A DNA stretch of 64,000 nt from Erysipelotrichaceae bacterium (GCA_036639955.1 JAVWHP010000006.1:23328-87327); one strand, 5' to 3'. Positions 1-10,074 are shown, counted from the first letter of the stretch. Program-made: numbers and translations. The notes: generated by a model not told the origin, from the letters alone.

Positions 1-508
1 ATACATATTCATCGTCTCTTATATCATAGTCGATAATGAATTCTCCAGTATATACTACATATCCTTGGTCTGTTCCAATTGCTACACCAAAAGTATCTGG
101 GAATGCATGAGTCATTGCAAATGTTCTTACTGTTATTCCTTCTATATTTTGTGTTTTCTTAACCTTATGTATTTTAACATCTCTTATTCCTTCTTTTTTC
201 ATTAAATCATATATAAGGTTAGCTGTTAATGCTCCGGTATATACTGGAGCTTTTACTACTTTTAATAGGTATGGCAATGCTCCTATAACATCATCATGTC
301 CATGAGTTATAAAGATTCCTTTTACTCTATCTTTATTTTCAATTAAATATGTAAAATCCGGAATAATAAATTCTACTCCTAATTGATCTGATTCAGGGTA
401 TTTCAACCCTGCTTCAATTACAAATATATTTTGGTTTACTTCTACCACAAACATATTCTTTCCATTTTCATCTAATCCACCTAATGCAAAAACGCGTACT
501 GAATCCAT
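1..508 (-). CDS. Ribonuclease J paralog, N-terminal part (gene continues beyond the left edge)
   Basis: Own translation of the minus strand from ATG at 506-508: MDSVRVFALGGLDENGKNMFVVEVNQNIFVIEAGLKYPE...GIFITHGHDDVIGALPYLL. This metallo-beta-lactamase N-terminus runs parallel to the RNase J at 59589-61397. SD TAGGAGG lies upstream. Open-ended, so absent from the ORF track. Confidence 0.8.
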   Translation of the reverse strand, partial: MDSVRVFALGGLDENGKNMFVVEVNQNIFVIEAGLKYPESDQLGVEFIIPDFTYLIENKDRVKGIFITHGHDDVIGALPYLLKVVKAPVYTGALTANLIYDLMKKEGIRDVKIHKVKKTQNIEGITVRTFAMTHAFPDTFGVAIGTDQGYVVYTGEFIIDYDIRDDEYV

Positions 509-592
509 AAAATCCTCCTATATCAATTATCTTTAAATAATGATTTCTTTGTTTAATGATACAACAATTACTTATATTATACCACAGTTATA

Positions 593-2029
593 TTAAATTT
601 GTCTTCCATTTAATGACCATGTCTTAACAACATCTATATAAACCTTAACAATATCGCCTCTTTTTAAGTTTTCACCAATAAAGTTTACTAGTTTATTAGT
701 TTCTGTATAACCACTATATGTATTTTCATTCTTTTTACTTAGTCCATCTACTAACACTTCTACTACCCTATCTTTATATTGCATATTTTTTTTAGTAGCA
801 TAATAATTAGCTTTCTCATTTAATCTTTGTAACCTTTCTTGTTTTACTTCAAAAGGTATATTGTCTTCCATTAATGCTGCTGGTGTACCAACTCTTGGTG
901 AATATATAAAAGTAAAAGCATTATCAAATTGACAATAATCAAATATATCTAATGTTTGTTGAAATTGTTCCTCACTTTCATTAGGAAATCCTACAATGAT
1001 ATCTGTTGAGAAAGAACAGCCTTTAACCTGATCTTTTATACTATCATATAGTTCTTTATATTGTTCTATTGTATATCGACGTCCCATAATCTTTAATATT
1101 TCATTATTACCTGATTGTACTGGTAAATGAATAAAAGGCATTATATTATCATACTTAGCTATTACATTAATCATCTCTTCACTAAAATCCCATGGATGTG
1201 AAGTAGTAAATCTAATTCTTTCAATTCCCATTTTAGCTACTTCTTCTAATAGGTATGAAAATCCTCCAACTACTTGCAAGTCCTTACCATAGCTGTTAAC
1301 ATTTTGTCCTAATAATGTTACTTCTTTATAGTTCTCTTCCTTCAATACTTTTATTTCTTCTAATATATCAGCAACAGCACGACTTCTTTCCTTACCCCTA
1401 GTATAAGGCACGATACAATATGTACAAAATTTATCACAACCATAAACTATATTAACCCAAGCTTTATGACTCTTGAATCTTTTAACAGGTAAATTTTCAA
1501 TAACTTCTCCTTCTTTAGAAAAGACTTCTATTACTCGTTCATTTTCATGTATTACACGATAAAGTAATTCAGGTAATTGATGGATATTATGTGTACCAAA
1601 TACTAGATTAACATGCTTATGCACTTTTAACATTTTATCTATTACATCTTCTTCTTGTGCCATACAACCGCACATAGCAAATAATAAATTTGGTTTATCA
1701 GCTAATAGTTTTTTTAATGATCCTATTTCTCCTAAAACCTTATCTTCAGCATTCTTTCTAATAGCACATGTATTCATCATTATTAAATCCGCTTCATAAG
1801 GACTGTCTACACTAGTAAATTGTAAAGCTTCTAAAATACCAGCAATTGTTTCTCCATCACGCTCATTGGCTTGGCAACCATAAGTTCTTAAATAGTACTT
1901 CATACCTTTTCCTATCCCTTGAACATTATAAGGTATATTAAACAGTGCTTTTTCTATTGTTGTTTGTTGATGTGTCCTAACTTGTGCTGCTTTAAGACTT
2001 GGTAATGAAAATATTTTTTTGTTATCCAT
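593..2029 (-). CDS. miaB: tRNA-i6A37 methylthiotransferase MiaB (radical SAM, UPF0004 + TRAM)
   Basis: 478 aa with N-terminal YLRTYGCQANERD, radical-SAM CDKFCTYCIVP and a C-terminal TRAM-like domain. Confidence 0.88.
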   Translation of the reverse strand: MDNKKIFSLPSLKAAQVRTHQQTTIEKALFNIPYNVQGIGKGMKYYLRTYGCQANERDGETIAGILEALQFTSVDSPYEADLIMMNTCAIRKNAEDKVLGEIGSLKKLLADKPNLLFAMCGCMAQEEDVIDKMLKVHKHVNLVFGTHNIHQLPELLYRVIHENERVIEVFSKEGEVIENLPVKRFKSHKAWVNIVYGCDKFCTYCIVPYTRGKERSRAVADILEEIKVLKEENYKEVTLLGQNVNSYGKDLQVVGGFSYLLEEVAKMGIERIRFTTSHPWDFSEEMINVIAKYDNIMPFIHLPVQSGNNEILKIMGRRYTIEQYKELYDSIKDQVKGCSFSTDIIVGFPNESEEQFQQTLDIFDYCQFDNAFTFIYSPRVGTPAALMEDNIPFEVKQERLQRLNEKANYYATKKNMQYKDRVVEVLVDGLSKKNENTYSGYTETNKLVNFIGENLKRGDIVKVYIDVVKTWSLNGRQI

Positions 2030-2107
2030 CTCTATTCCTCCATTTTTAAATATTATGCTTATCTATTATACTTAATTTTTATAATTATTTCTAATTATTT
2101 TTAAATT

Positions 2108-2131
2108 AAAAAAACCAAGCTAGGCTTGGTT
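2108..2131 (-). terminator. Rho-independent terminator downstream of the ferredoxin gene
   Basis: AACCAAGC-tag-GCTTGGTT hairpin preceded on the plus strand by an A-run, which is a U-run on the minus transcript. Confidence 0.7.
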
Positions 2132-2136
2132 AATTC

Positions 2137-2310
2137 TTATTGAGTTATAGCATCTGTAGGGCAACTAGAAACACAAGCTCCACAATCTATACAAGCTCCT
2201 TCATCACATATTGATTTTCCTTCTTCATTCATAGAAAGCGCTCCAACTGGACAAACACCAACACAAGCACCGCAACCGATACAAGCATCTTGATTTACAT
2301 TTACTGGCAT
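2137..2310 (-). CDS. fdx: 2x[4Fe-4S] ferredoxin (57 aa), missing from the ORF track
   Basis: Own translation: MPVNVNQDACIGCGACVGVCPVGALSMNEEGKSICDEGACIDCGACVSSCPTDAITQ. It has two CxxCxxCxxxCP motifs, and SD AGGAGG precedes the ATG. Confidence 0.85.
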   Translation of the reverse strand: MPVNVNQDACIGCGACVGVCPVGALSMNEEGKSICDEGACIDCGACVSSCPTDAITQ

Positions 2311-2384
2311 ATAAAAACCTCCTTTATTATTACTACAAACATTATAACAACATCGGTAGTATCTTTCAATAGTTAGTTACTAAA

Positions 2385-4262
2385 TTAATCTAATACTTCA
2401 TCAAACTGTGAATTATATAAGTTTGTATAGAAGCCATTAGCTGCTAATAATTCAGTATGAGAACCTACTTCAACGATATCTCCATCTTTCATTACTAATA
2501 TAAGATCTGCATCTTTAATAGTAGATAAACGATGTGCTATAACAAAACTAGTTCGGTTTTCCATAAGTTTATCCATACCTTTTTGAATTAGTACTTCAGT
2601 TCTAGTATCTACTGAACTTGTTGCTTCGTCCAATATTAGTATCTTAGGATCTGATAAGAAAGCTCTAGCTATTGTTAATAACTGCTTTTGTCCTTGTGAT
2701 ATATTATTACTTTCTTCATTAATTATAGTATCATAACCATGATCTAAAGTTTTAATAAAATGATCTACATAAGCAGCACTAGCTGCATTTTTAACTTCAT
2801 CATCACTAGCATCAAGTTTACCATAACGTATGTTATCTAAAATTGAACCATTAAACAACCATGCATCTTGTAATACCATCCCAAATAATGATCTTAAATC
2901 TGAACGTTTCATATTAGTAATATTTATATTATCAATATAAATATTACCTTGGTTCAATTCATAAAAACGCATTAGTAATTTAACGATAGTTGTTTTACCA
3001 GCTCCCGTAGGACCTACTATAGCAATTTTTTTACCTGCTTTTATATACATTGAGAAATCATTGATTATAATCTTATTAGGATTATATCCAAAATGAACAT
3101 TTTCAAATGTTACACAGCCTTCTAATAAGGCATTACCATTCTCATCAAGAACTTTAGCATCAGCCTTAGAATCATCACTAATTTCTTCTTCAGCTAAGAA
3201 TTCAAACACTCGTTCTGCTGCCGCTGCTGTAGATTGTAAAACATTCATAATCTGAGCTGTTTGTGTAATAGGTTGATTAAAACTTCTAACATACTGGATA
3301 AAAGCTTGAATATCTCCTATTTCTATGATGCCGTGGATATTTAAATATCCACCTAGGATACATACTCCGACATATCCTAGATTACCAACAAAGTTGGTAA
3401 TAGGCATCATTAAACCTGATAAGAATTGTGATTTCCATGCAGTATTATATAGCTTTTGATTATGTTCATTAAAGGTATCAATTGATGCTTCTTCTCCATT
3501 AAATGCTTTCATCACTACATGTCCACTATACATTTCTTCTATGTGTCCATTCAAATTACCTAAATATTCTTGTTGTTGTTTAAAGTAACGTTGTGATTTT
3601 TTCACTACACTACTTAATAGAAATAATGATATTGGTAGCACGCATAGTGCCATTAATGTCATTTGCCAACTAATTGATAGCATCATTACCATAATACCTA
3701 TTAGCATAACAACTGATGTTATAATTTGTGACATACTTTGATTTAATGATTGAGCAATTGTATCTATATCATTACTAACTCTTGATAGCACTTCACCATG
3801 TGTATGTGTATCAAAGTATTTAAATGGCATTTTGTTGATTTTTGTAGCTAATGCTGTTCTTAAATTATAAGCTACTTTTTGTGATACTCCTGACATTAAA
3901 TATCCTTGAATATAAGATAATATAGCACTTATAACATATAATGTTACTAATAATATTATAATTTGTCCTATCTTATCAAAATCAATATTTCCTTTACCTT
4001 GCACCTTTAGCATGAATCCTTCAGCTAAAGTTGTAGTTGCATTACCTAAAATTTTAGGCCCTACGATTGAAAATACTGTACTTCCGATTGCAAACATTAT
4101 AACCAATACAATGATTTTATAAAAAGGCTTTAAGTAAGCAAATAGTTTATGCATAGTCCCTTTGAAGTCCTTAGCCTTTTCTCCACTTCCGTGCATTTTG
4201 CCCATTCCACCCATAGGGCCTTTCATTACTTTCTTTGGTTCGTTAGTTTTCATTGGATTCAT
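2385..4262 (-). CDS. ABC exporter, fused permease/ATPase (heterodimer partner B)
   Basis: 625 aa with a six-TM exporter domain, Walker A GPTGAGKT, signature ISQGQKQ and Walker B ILILDEA. Its start overlaps the upstream gene by 20 nt and has AGGAGG 9 nt upstream. Confidence 0.9.
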   Translation of the reverse strand: MNPMKTNEPKKVMKGPMGGMGKMHGSGEKAKDFKGTMHKLFAYLKPFYKIIVLVIMFAIGSTVFSIVGPKILGNATTTLAEGFMLKVQGKGNIDFDKIGQIIILLVTLYVISAILSYIQGYLMSGVSQKVAYNLRTALATKINKMPFKYFDTHTHGEVLSRVSNDIDTIAQSLNQSMSQIITSVVMLIGIMVMMLSISWQMTLMALCVLPISLFLLSSVVKKSQRYFKQQQEYLGNLNGHIEEMYSGHVVMKAFNGEEASIDTFNEHNQKLYNTAWKSQFLSGLMMPITNFVGNLGYVGVCILGGYLNIHGIIEIGDIQAFIQYVRSFNQPITQTAQIMNVLQSTAAAAERVFEFLAEEEISDDSKADAKVLDENGNALLEGCVTFENVHFGYNPNKIIINDFSMYIKAGKKIAIVGPTGAGKTTIVKLLMRFYELNQGNIYIDNINITNMKRSDLRSLFGMVLQDAWLFNGSILDNIRYGKLDASDDEVKNAASAAYVDHFIKTLDHGYDTIINEESNNISQGQKQLLTIARAFLSDPKILILDEATSSVDTRTEVLIQKGMDKLMENRTSFVIAHRLSTIKDADLILVMKDGDIVEVGSHTELLAANGFYTNLYNSQFDEVLD

Positions 4263-6474
4263 TTTCTAGTTCCTCCTTTGATAACTGTGAATAAGCAATT
4301 TCTTGATATACTTCACAACTATTTAATAATTCTTTATGATTTCCTTTACCGACAATTTTTCCATTATCCAATACAATAATTTGTTCTGCATGCATAATAG
4401 AAGATATTCTTTGAGCTACTAAAAGCACTGTACTTTGTGTACGTTGTGTAAATTCATCTAATGCTTTACGTAGTTTAGCATCTGTTTTAAAATCTAAAGC
4501 AGAGAAACTATCATCAAATATTAATATTTCTGGTTCTTTAACTATAGCTCTAGCAATACTAATTCTTTGTTTTTGTCCACCTGATACATTTGTTCCACCT
4601 TGTGATATAGCAGTTTCATACTTATCATCAGTTGATTCTATAAAATCACTTGCTTGTGCAATAATTGCTGCACTTTCTAATTCTTGGCGAGTAGCATCAT
4701 GCTTAGCATATAATAAATTAGTTTCTATTGTACCTGAGAAAAGAATTCCTTTTTGTGGCACATAACCAATTTTTTCTCTTAATTGATGTTGAGTAACATC
4801 CTTAATATTAGTTCCATCCACGATTACTTCACCATCAGTTACATCAAAGAAACGAGGCACTAAATTAATTAATGTAGATTTACCACTTCCTGTACTACCA
4901 ATGAATGCTGTAGTTTGGCCGGGCTTAGCAATAAAATTTATATTGTCTAAAATGTTTTCTTCTGCTCCTGGATACTTAAAGCATACATTTTTAAATTCTA
5001 CTACTCCATGTAAATTCTCATTAAAATCTTCAGCATTCTTAGGATCTAAAATACTAGGATTACTATTAAGTACTTCCATAATTCTATTAGCAGCAACTCC
5101 TGCTCTTGGTATCATGATTGCTACCATTGATATCATTAAGAAAGACATAATTATTTGCATTGCATATTGAATAAATGCTATAAGATCACCAATTTGTAAT
5201 GTCCCTAAATCTATTTGTTGACCACCAACCCAAATTATTACTAAAGATACACAGTTCATAATAAACATCATAACTGGCATTAAAGCTGCCATTACACGAT
5301 TAACAAATATATTAGTATCTGTAATATCTTTATTAGCTTTATTGAATTTTTGTTCTTCATACTTTTCAGTATTGAAGGCTCTTATTACTGGCATTCCTTC
5401 AAGGAATTCACGCATAACTAAATTTAATTTATCTAATAATTGTTGAGCTATTTTAAATTTTGGCATAACAATACTAAAGGCAACACCAATCACGCTTAGT
5501 AGCAACACAATTACAAAGAAGATAATCCAAGTCATACTAGCATTTGAATCTAAGACATGTATTAGAGCTCCAATTCCCATTATAGGGGCATATATTACTA
5601 TTCTTAACATCATTACAAGAACCATTTGAATTTGTTGTATATCATTAGTAGTTCTTGTTATTAATGATGCAGTAGAAAATTTGTTAAATTCAGCATTAGA
5701 GAAGTTTTCTACTTTTTCAAATATATCAAAACGCAAATTTCTAGCTAATCCTGCAGCTATTCTTGATGATAAGAAACCTACACCTATAGCGCATATAGCG
5801 CCTAGCAGTGATATTAATAACATCTTAACACCAGCACTAGTGACATAATTCTTTTGTATTCCTTCTAAATCCATCCCTAATTTAGCATACTCTGATTTAA
5901 CAAAGTTTGTACTTGCAGTAACTAGAGTTGAATCTCCCATAGATTCCATTTTTGAATCAATGGCAGATTCCATCTTCTTTAATTCTTCTATTGGCATTTG
6001 CGATAACATAGCAAATACATCAGTACCCTCTGGTAAATGACTTAAAGCATCATCAGCACCATATTTACCTGATTCTAAAGCCATAACAATTAACTCCGGT
6101 TTAGGTAATATTTTATTTAAATGATCAAACTCCTCATCACTTAGTTTCTTTAATTCATATACATTACTAGTTTTTAGGATTGGATAATCCTCAATCTGTT
6201 CACTAGTAGCATCAGCACTAGTAATTAAATTATAAGAAGATTTTAAAGTTTCCTTATCCTTATCTTCCATAAATATTTGAACTCGATTAAAATTTTCTTC
6301 ACCTACTGCTTCAAAAACAGAACTATCAACTCCGCCTGACTGAATACCTGTGTTAACAATATTAGACATATAATCTGGTAATGACAATTCACATTGCGCT
6401 TGTATAAATAACAAAGCAATAACAAAAATTAATGAAATTTTAAATTTCTTTAAATATTTAAGTACTTTTATCAT
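4243..6474 (-). CDS. ABC exporter, fused permease/ATPase (partner A) with enlarged first extracytoplasmic loop
   Basis: 743 aa with Walker A GSTGSGKS, signature VSGGQKQR and Walker B LIFDDS. About 188 aa separate TM1 (res 13-27) from TM2 (res 216-236). Confidence 0.9.
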   Translation of the reverse strand: MIKVLKYLKKFKISLIFVIALLFIQAQCELSLPDYMSNIVNTGIQSGGVDSSVFEAVGEENFNRVQIFMEDKDKETLKSSYNLITSADATSEQIEDYPILKTSNVYELKKLSDEEFDHLNKILPKPELIVMALESGKYGADDALSHLPEGTDVFAMLSQMPIEELKKMESAIDSKMESMGDSTLVTASTNFVKSEYAKLGMDLEGIQKNYVTSAGVKMLLISLLGAICAIGVGFLSSRIAAGLARNLRFDIFEKVENFSNAEFNKFSTASLITRTTNDIQQIQMVLVMMLRIVIYAPIMGIGALIHVLDSNASMTWIIFFVIVLLLSVIGVAFSIVMPKFKIAQQLLDKLNLVMREFLEGMPVIRAFNTEKYEEQKFNKANKDITDTNIFVNRVMAALMPVMMFIMNCVSLVIIWVGGQQIDLGTLQIGDLIAFIQYAMQIIMSFLMISMVAIMIPRAGVAANRIMEVLNSNPSILDPKNAEDFNENLHGVVEFKNVCFKYPGAEENILDNINFIAKPGQTTAFIGSTGSGKSTLINLVPRFFDVTDGEVIVDGTNIKDVTQHQLREKIGYVPQKGILFSGTIETNLLYAKHDATRQELESAAIIAQASDFIESTDDKYETAISQGGTNVSGGQKQRISIARAIVKEPEILIFDDSFSALDFKTDAKLRKALDEFTQRTQSTVLLVAQRISSIMHAEQIIVLDNGKIVGKGNHKELLNSCEVYQEIAYSQLSKEELENESNEN

Positions 6475-6475
6475 A

Positions 6476-6955
6476 TTATTCGTCCTTTCTATTAGATGTC
6501 GGTTCTATATTCTTATATAGTTTATTCTTATGATATTCTGCACACTTTTTTAGTATTCTAATAAAATGTTCACTATCTTCTTCGCCCAAAAAATCTACAA
6601 AATTTTCAAACATAGCATTTAATTCAATTTCAGTATCCTTAATAGCTTCTTTAGCTAATGGTGTTACTTTAATGTAAACACTACGACGATCACTTTCAAG
6701 TTGAATTCTTTCGATAAATCCTTTGTTTTCAAAGTTTCTAATAATTTGAGAAATAGCTGCGGGAGTAATTTTAAAGAAATCAGATATTTCACTCATTTTA
6801 ACAATATCACCGTTATTTAAACGCATAATACCATCAAGAAACATCATGTCTCTTCTTTTTAAACTTTTACACATGTTAGTCTCAGCATTAACATCACTTT
6901 TTTGCATTACATAAAATGCTCTAAAAAGTTCTGTCGCTCTTTCACTTCGATTCAT
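6476..6955 (-). CDS. MarR-family transcriptional regulator
   Basis: Winged-helix MarR pattern (ISDFFKITPAAISQIIRNFENKGFIERIQLESDRRSVYIKVT). The ORF track starts at a GTG (6961); the ATG at 6955 has better spacing to AAGG. Its stop abuts the ABC gene start. Confidence 0.85.
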   Translation of the reverse strand: MNRSERATELFRAFYVMQKSDVNAETNMCKSLKRRDMMFLDGIMRLNNGDIVKMSEISDFFKITPAAISQIIRNFENKGFIERIQLESDRRSVYIKVTPLAKEAIKDTEIELNAMFENFVDFLGEEDSEHFIRILKKCAEYHKNKLYKNIEPTSNRKDE

Positions 6956-6975
6956 ATTCACACCTTCTTCACATA

Positions 6976-6990
6976 GTTAAGTTGCTTAAC
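6976..6990. promoter_or_regulatory. Candidate MarR operator, palindrome GTTAAG-TTG-CTTAAC
   Basis: Perfect 6+6 palindrome 16 nt downstream of the -10 box of the marR-ABC promoter. A related site lies at 8725-8740. Confidence 0.35.
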
Positions 6991-7006
6991 AATTAAGCAT
7001 GTTAAT

Positions 7007-7034
7007 ATTATAGTTCATTAACAATAGATGTCAA
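7007..7034 (-). promoter_or_regulatory. SigA-type promoter of the marR-ABC operon
   Basis: The minus strand reads TTGACA (7029-7034), a 16-nt spacer, then TATAAT (7007-7012). Confidence 0.65.
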
Positions 7035-7081
7035 CAGTAATTATTTATCACTTTTAGTTATCAATATAAGAATTTAATTAT

Positions 7082-7112
7082 AAAAAAAAAGCTTCGTTAA
7101 TACGAAGCTTAA
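7082..7112 (-). terminator. Terminator of the lactate permease gene
   Basis: AAGCTTCG-ttaata-CGAAGCTT hairpin with a 9-nt A-run on the plus strand, which is a U-run on the minus transcript. Confidence 0.8.
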
Positions 7113-7129
7113 GTACTTTATAAGGTTGT

Positions 7130-8701
7130 TTAATTGAACATTACCCATATCTTCATACCAAAGTATGAGATAAAGCCCATGATTACTAAGAATGCTATTG
7201 CATATTTAATAACTTTAGAAAGGATTTCTCCTTCTTTACCGGCTAATGAGGTAGCTGCTACACCAATAGCTATACTCTGAGGAGATAGAATTTTACCAGC
7301 GGCTGTTCCCATTGTGTTAGCAGCAGCTAACCAATAAGGATCAGCTCCAATCGCATTAGCAGCTTCTATTTGAACATTACCAAATAGAACAGAACTAGAA
7401 GTTGCACTTCCAGTAACAAATGTTCCTAAGGCACCAATTAATGGAGCGGCAAAAGGATAAAAAGAACCTAGTACAGCTACAAATAAGGCAGCAATACTAA
7501 CAATCATTCCACTATACCCCATTACTTTAGCAGTAGCTAAGACAGCTAACATAGTTATAATAGTTTTAGACATTTGAGAAATAGTTTCTCCTAATACTTT
7601 AAACATTTCTTTAAACGTAGCCTTTTGTACAATACCACCAATAAAGGCTGATAACATAATAATAACACCAGGAGTAGCAATCCAAATAAATGTATAAGGA
7701 GTAGCATTAGGTCCTGTATAAATAGTTATTGCAGATCTAATAGTATTTAAAGGATCATGAATAAATGGAACCATATTACTAGTCATCAATAATAAAACAA
7801 ATATTAGAATAAAAGGTAGCCACGCAACAAACGCTCTTTTAAGCGTAATACGCTCATCATTACCTTCCATTTTCATTTCATATGTTTTATCAACAACTTC
7901 CTTTTTAGCTTTTCTTGCTTCATGAACACGACAAGCTATAATAGTACAAATTAATGAACATACAGAACCTACAATTACTGGAAGTTCTGCTCCAACGAAT
8001 TTAGCAACTAATAACTGAGGTAATACAAAACTTACTCCTGAAATTAGTGTTACTAAACCTACACCCTTTATTGCTTTAATACTTTTACCACTCATAGCTA
8101 CCATAATAAATGGTGTAAGTAACATTAATGGTGCTAATTGTAATGTAGTAGCAAATGCTAATTTAGTTGATTCTAGTCCTACTAAATTAGCTAAAGTTAC
8201 AGTTGGTATTCCAATAGATCCAAAAGCAGTTGGTGTAGAATTAGCAATTAAACAAACTATTGCTGAGAACATTGGATTAAAACCTAAACCAGCAAGCATA
8301 CTTGCAGGTATTGCTATTGCAGTACCAAACCCAGCCATACCCTCTAGGAATCCTCCAAAACACCATCCAACTAAAAGCACTAATAAACGTTTATCAGTAC
8401 TTACGCTAGTGATCATTCTTTTAATAACTTCCATCATACCAGTATGCAATGAAAGATTATAAGTAAAGACTGCGGCAATTATTACTAGAATAATTGGCCA
8501 AAAAGCCATTGCTATTCCTTCAAGAGCAGCAGTAGCTGCATCAATTGCTGGCATTTTCCAAACCAACATAGCTAACACAACTGCTATAAAAAAAGCAATT
8601 GGTGCTGCTTTATGTCCGGACATTTTAAAACCACAAAGGGCTATTATTAGCCAAATTATTGGCATTAGTCCTAAAACAAACATGATAATCATGTCTACCA
8701 T
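7130..8701 (-). CDS. lctP: L-lactate permease (LctP family)
   Basis: 523-aa polytopic membrane protein with the size and sequence pattern of the LctP family. SD GGAGGG sits 5 nt before the ATG. Confidence 0.8.
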   Translation of the reverse strand: MVDMIIMFVLGLMPIIWLIIALCGFKMSGHKAAPIAFFIAVVLAMLVWKMPAIDAATAALEGIAMAFWPIILVIIAAVFTYNLSLHTGMMEVIKRMITSVSTDKRLLVLLVGWCFGGFLEGMAGFGTAIAIPASMLAGLGFNPMFSAIVCLIANSTPTAFGSIGIPTVTLANLVGLESTKLAFATTLQLAPLMLLTPFIMVAMSGKSIKAIKGVGLVTLISGVSFVLPQLLVAKFVGAELPVIVGSVCSLICTIIACRVHEARKAKKEVVDKTYEMKMEGNDERITLKRAFVAWLPFILIFVLLLMTSNMVPFIHDPLNTIRSAITIYTGPNATPYTFIWIATPGVIIMLSAFIGGIVQKATFKEMFKVLGETISQMSKTIITMLAVLATAKVMGYSGMIVSIAALFVAVLGSFYPFAAPLIGALGTFVTGSATSSSVLFGNVQIEAANAIGADPYWLAAANTMGTAAGKILSPQSIAIGVAATSLAGKEGEILSKVIKYAIAFLVIMGFISYFGMKIWVMFN

Positions 8702-8828
8702 AGTATCCCTCCAAACAGATAATGGTTAAGTAAACTTAACACAATTTAATATTTTACATTCATTTGAATTGAAAGTCTACCAAAAATAAGATATTTCTGA
8801 ATGATAATGCTTACAATTGAAAAAGAGC

Positions 8829-10049
8829 CTATGGCTCTTCACTTATTTCTGGGTGTTCTTCATTTTGTACAACTTTATCTAATGTTACATTTATATTATC
8901 TTTTGTTAATTTACTATTTATAATATCACCAAATACAGTATATATAAAGGCTGTTGTTGGTACTGCTATTACCATTCCAAATATACCAAATAAATCACCG
9001 AAAACAAAGATTGATAGTAGTACCCATAGACCAGGTAGTCCTACACTATCTCCTACAACTCTTGGATAAATTAAATTATCTTCAAATTGTTGCATCACTT
9101 GATAGAACAATACAAACATTAAACTTTGTAAAGGATCGACAGATAGTATCATTATTGCTCCAATACTCATTGCAAACATTGAACCAAATACTGGAACTAC
9201 ACTACATACTCCGATTAAACATGAAATTAATTCTGGGAATGGAAACTTTAGTATAGTCATAGTTATATAATATAAAACCATCAATATAACTGCTTCTGTT
9301 AGTTGTCCACTTACGAAGCTTTGAAATATGTGATTAGCTTTAGTCGCATAACTAAATATTTTCTCAGAATAATTTATTCCAACAGTTGCCACAATTACCT
9401 TTCTAAAATTAATGATAAAAGTCTCTTTACTAGCTAATAAATATAATGAAAACATAAATCCAGTAAAATATAGAGCAAAGGTACTTGTAAAGGCAATGGC
9501 ATTATTCATAATGCCATTAGCACTTGATGTTAATATGTTAAGCCCTTGAGCTACTATCTTCTCCCATGGCATATTTACAAATTGTTCTACTGATTCGATG
9601 TTTTCCATTCTGAAATCTATTCCAAAGTAGATAAATATTTCATCTATATTATTCACTATTCCAATAAAGAAATTAGATAGATTGCTCATTAACTGAATTA
9701 ATGATTCTAAAATTTTAGGTAAAATTATACTACCTAGCACCGCAACTACAATAAACGAAACAATTAATGTAATAGTAATAGCTATTGCTCTTACTCTCCT
9801 ATAAATTAATCCATCTTTTTTTGTATGTTTCTTTATTACACCTTCAATTTTTTTCATTGGTATATTTAATATAAACGCGATCGCTATACCATAAAATAAA
9901 GTAATAAACAATGATAAAAATGAAAACACATTATTCGTAATAACATTTAAATTAGTTAATATAATATACAATAAACATATATAAGTTGCTAACAACATCC
10001 ATGGCTTAACTAATTTAAATGTTTCACTATCCTTAATCTTCTTTAACAT
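8829..10049 (-). CDS. AI-2E (PerM/YhhT) family transporter
   Basis: Polytopic membrane protein with a C-terminal AVPTTAFIY-type motif. The start was moved to M12 (MLKKIKD), which follows SD AAAGGGG; the 11 upstream codons overlap the promoter and palindrome. Confidence 0.75.
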   Translation of the reverse strand: MLKKIKDSETFKLVKPWMLLATYICLLYIILTNLNVITNNVFSFLSLFITLFYGIAIAFILNIPMKKIEGVIKKHTKKDGLIYRRVRAIAITITLIVSFIVVAVLGSIILPKILESLIQLMSNLSNFFIGIVNNIDEIFIYFGIDFRMENIESVEQFVNMPWEKIVAQGLNILTSSANGIMNNAIAFTSTFALYFTGFMFSLYLLASKETFIINFRKVIVATVGINYSEKIFSYATKANHIFQSFVSGQLTEAVILMVLYYITMTILKFPFPELISCLIGVCSVVPVFGSMFAMSIGAIMILSVDPLQSLMFVLFYQVMQQFEDNLIYPRVVGDSVGLPGLWVLLSIFVFGDLFGIFGMVIAVPTTAFIYTVFGDIINSKLTKDNINVTLDKVVQNEEHPEISEEP

Positions 10050-10074
10050 TTTAAAACCCCTTTCATTTATATTA

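Noticed and set aside
4149-5170. Short plus-strand ORFs (4149-4379, 4901-5170) and similar antisense ORFs in the track (8954-9256, 11166-11450, 14111-14326, 17982-18203, 25734-25994, 44325-44777, 54446-54694, 55505-55801 and others)
   Set aside because: All lie entirely inside long, well-supported genes on the opposite strand. They lack SD sequences and have low-complexity or hydrophobic mirror-type composition.
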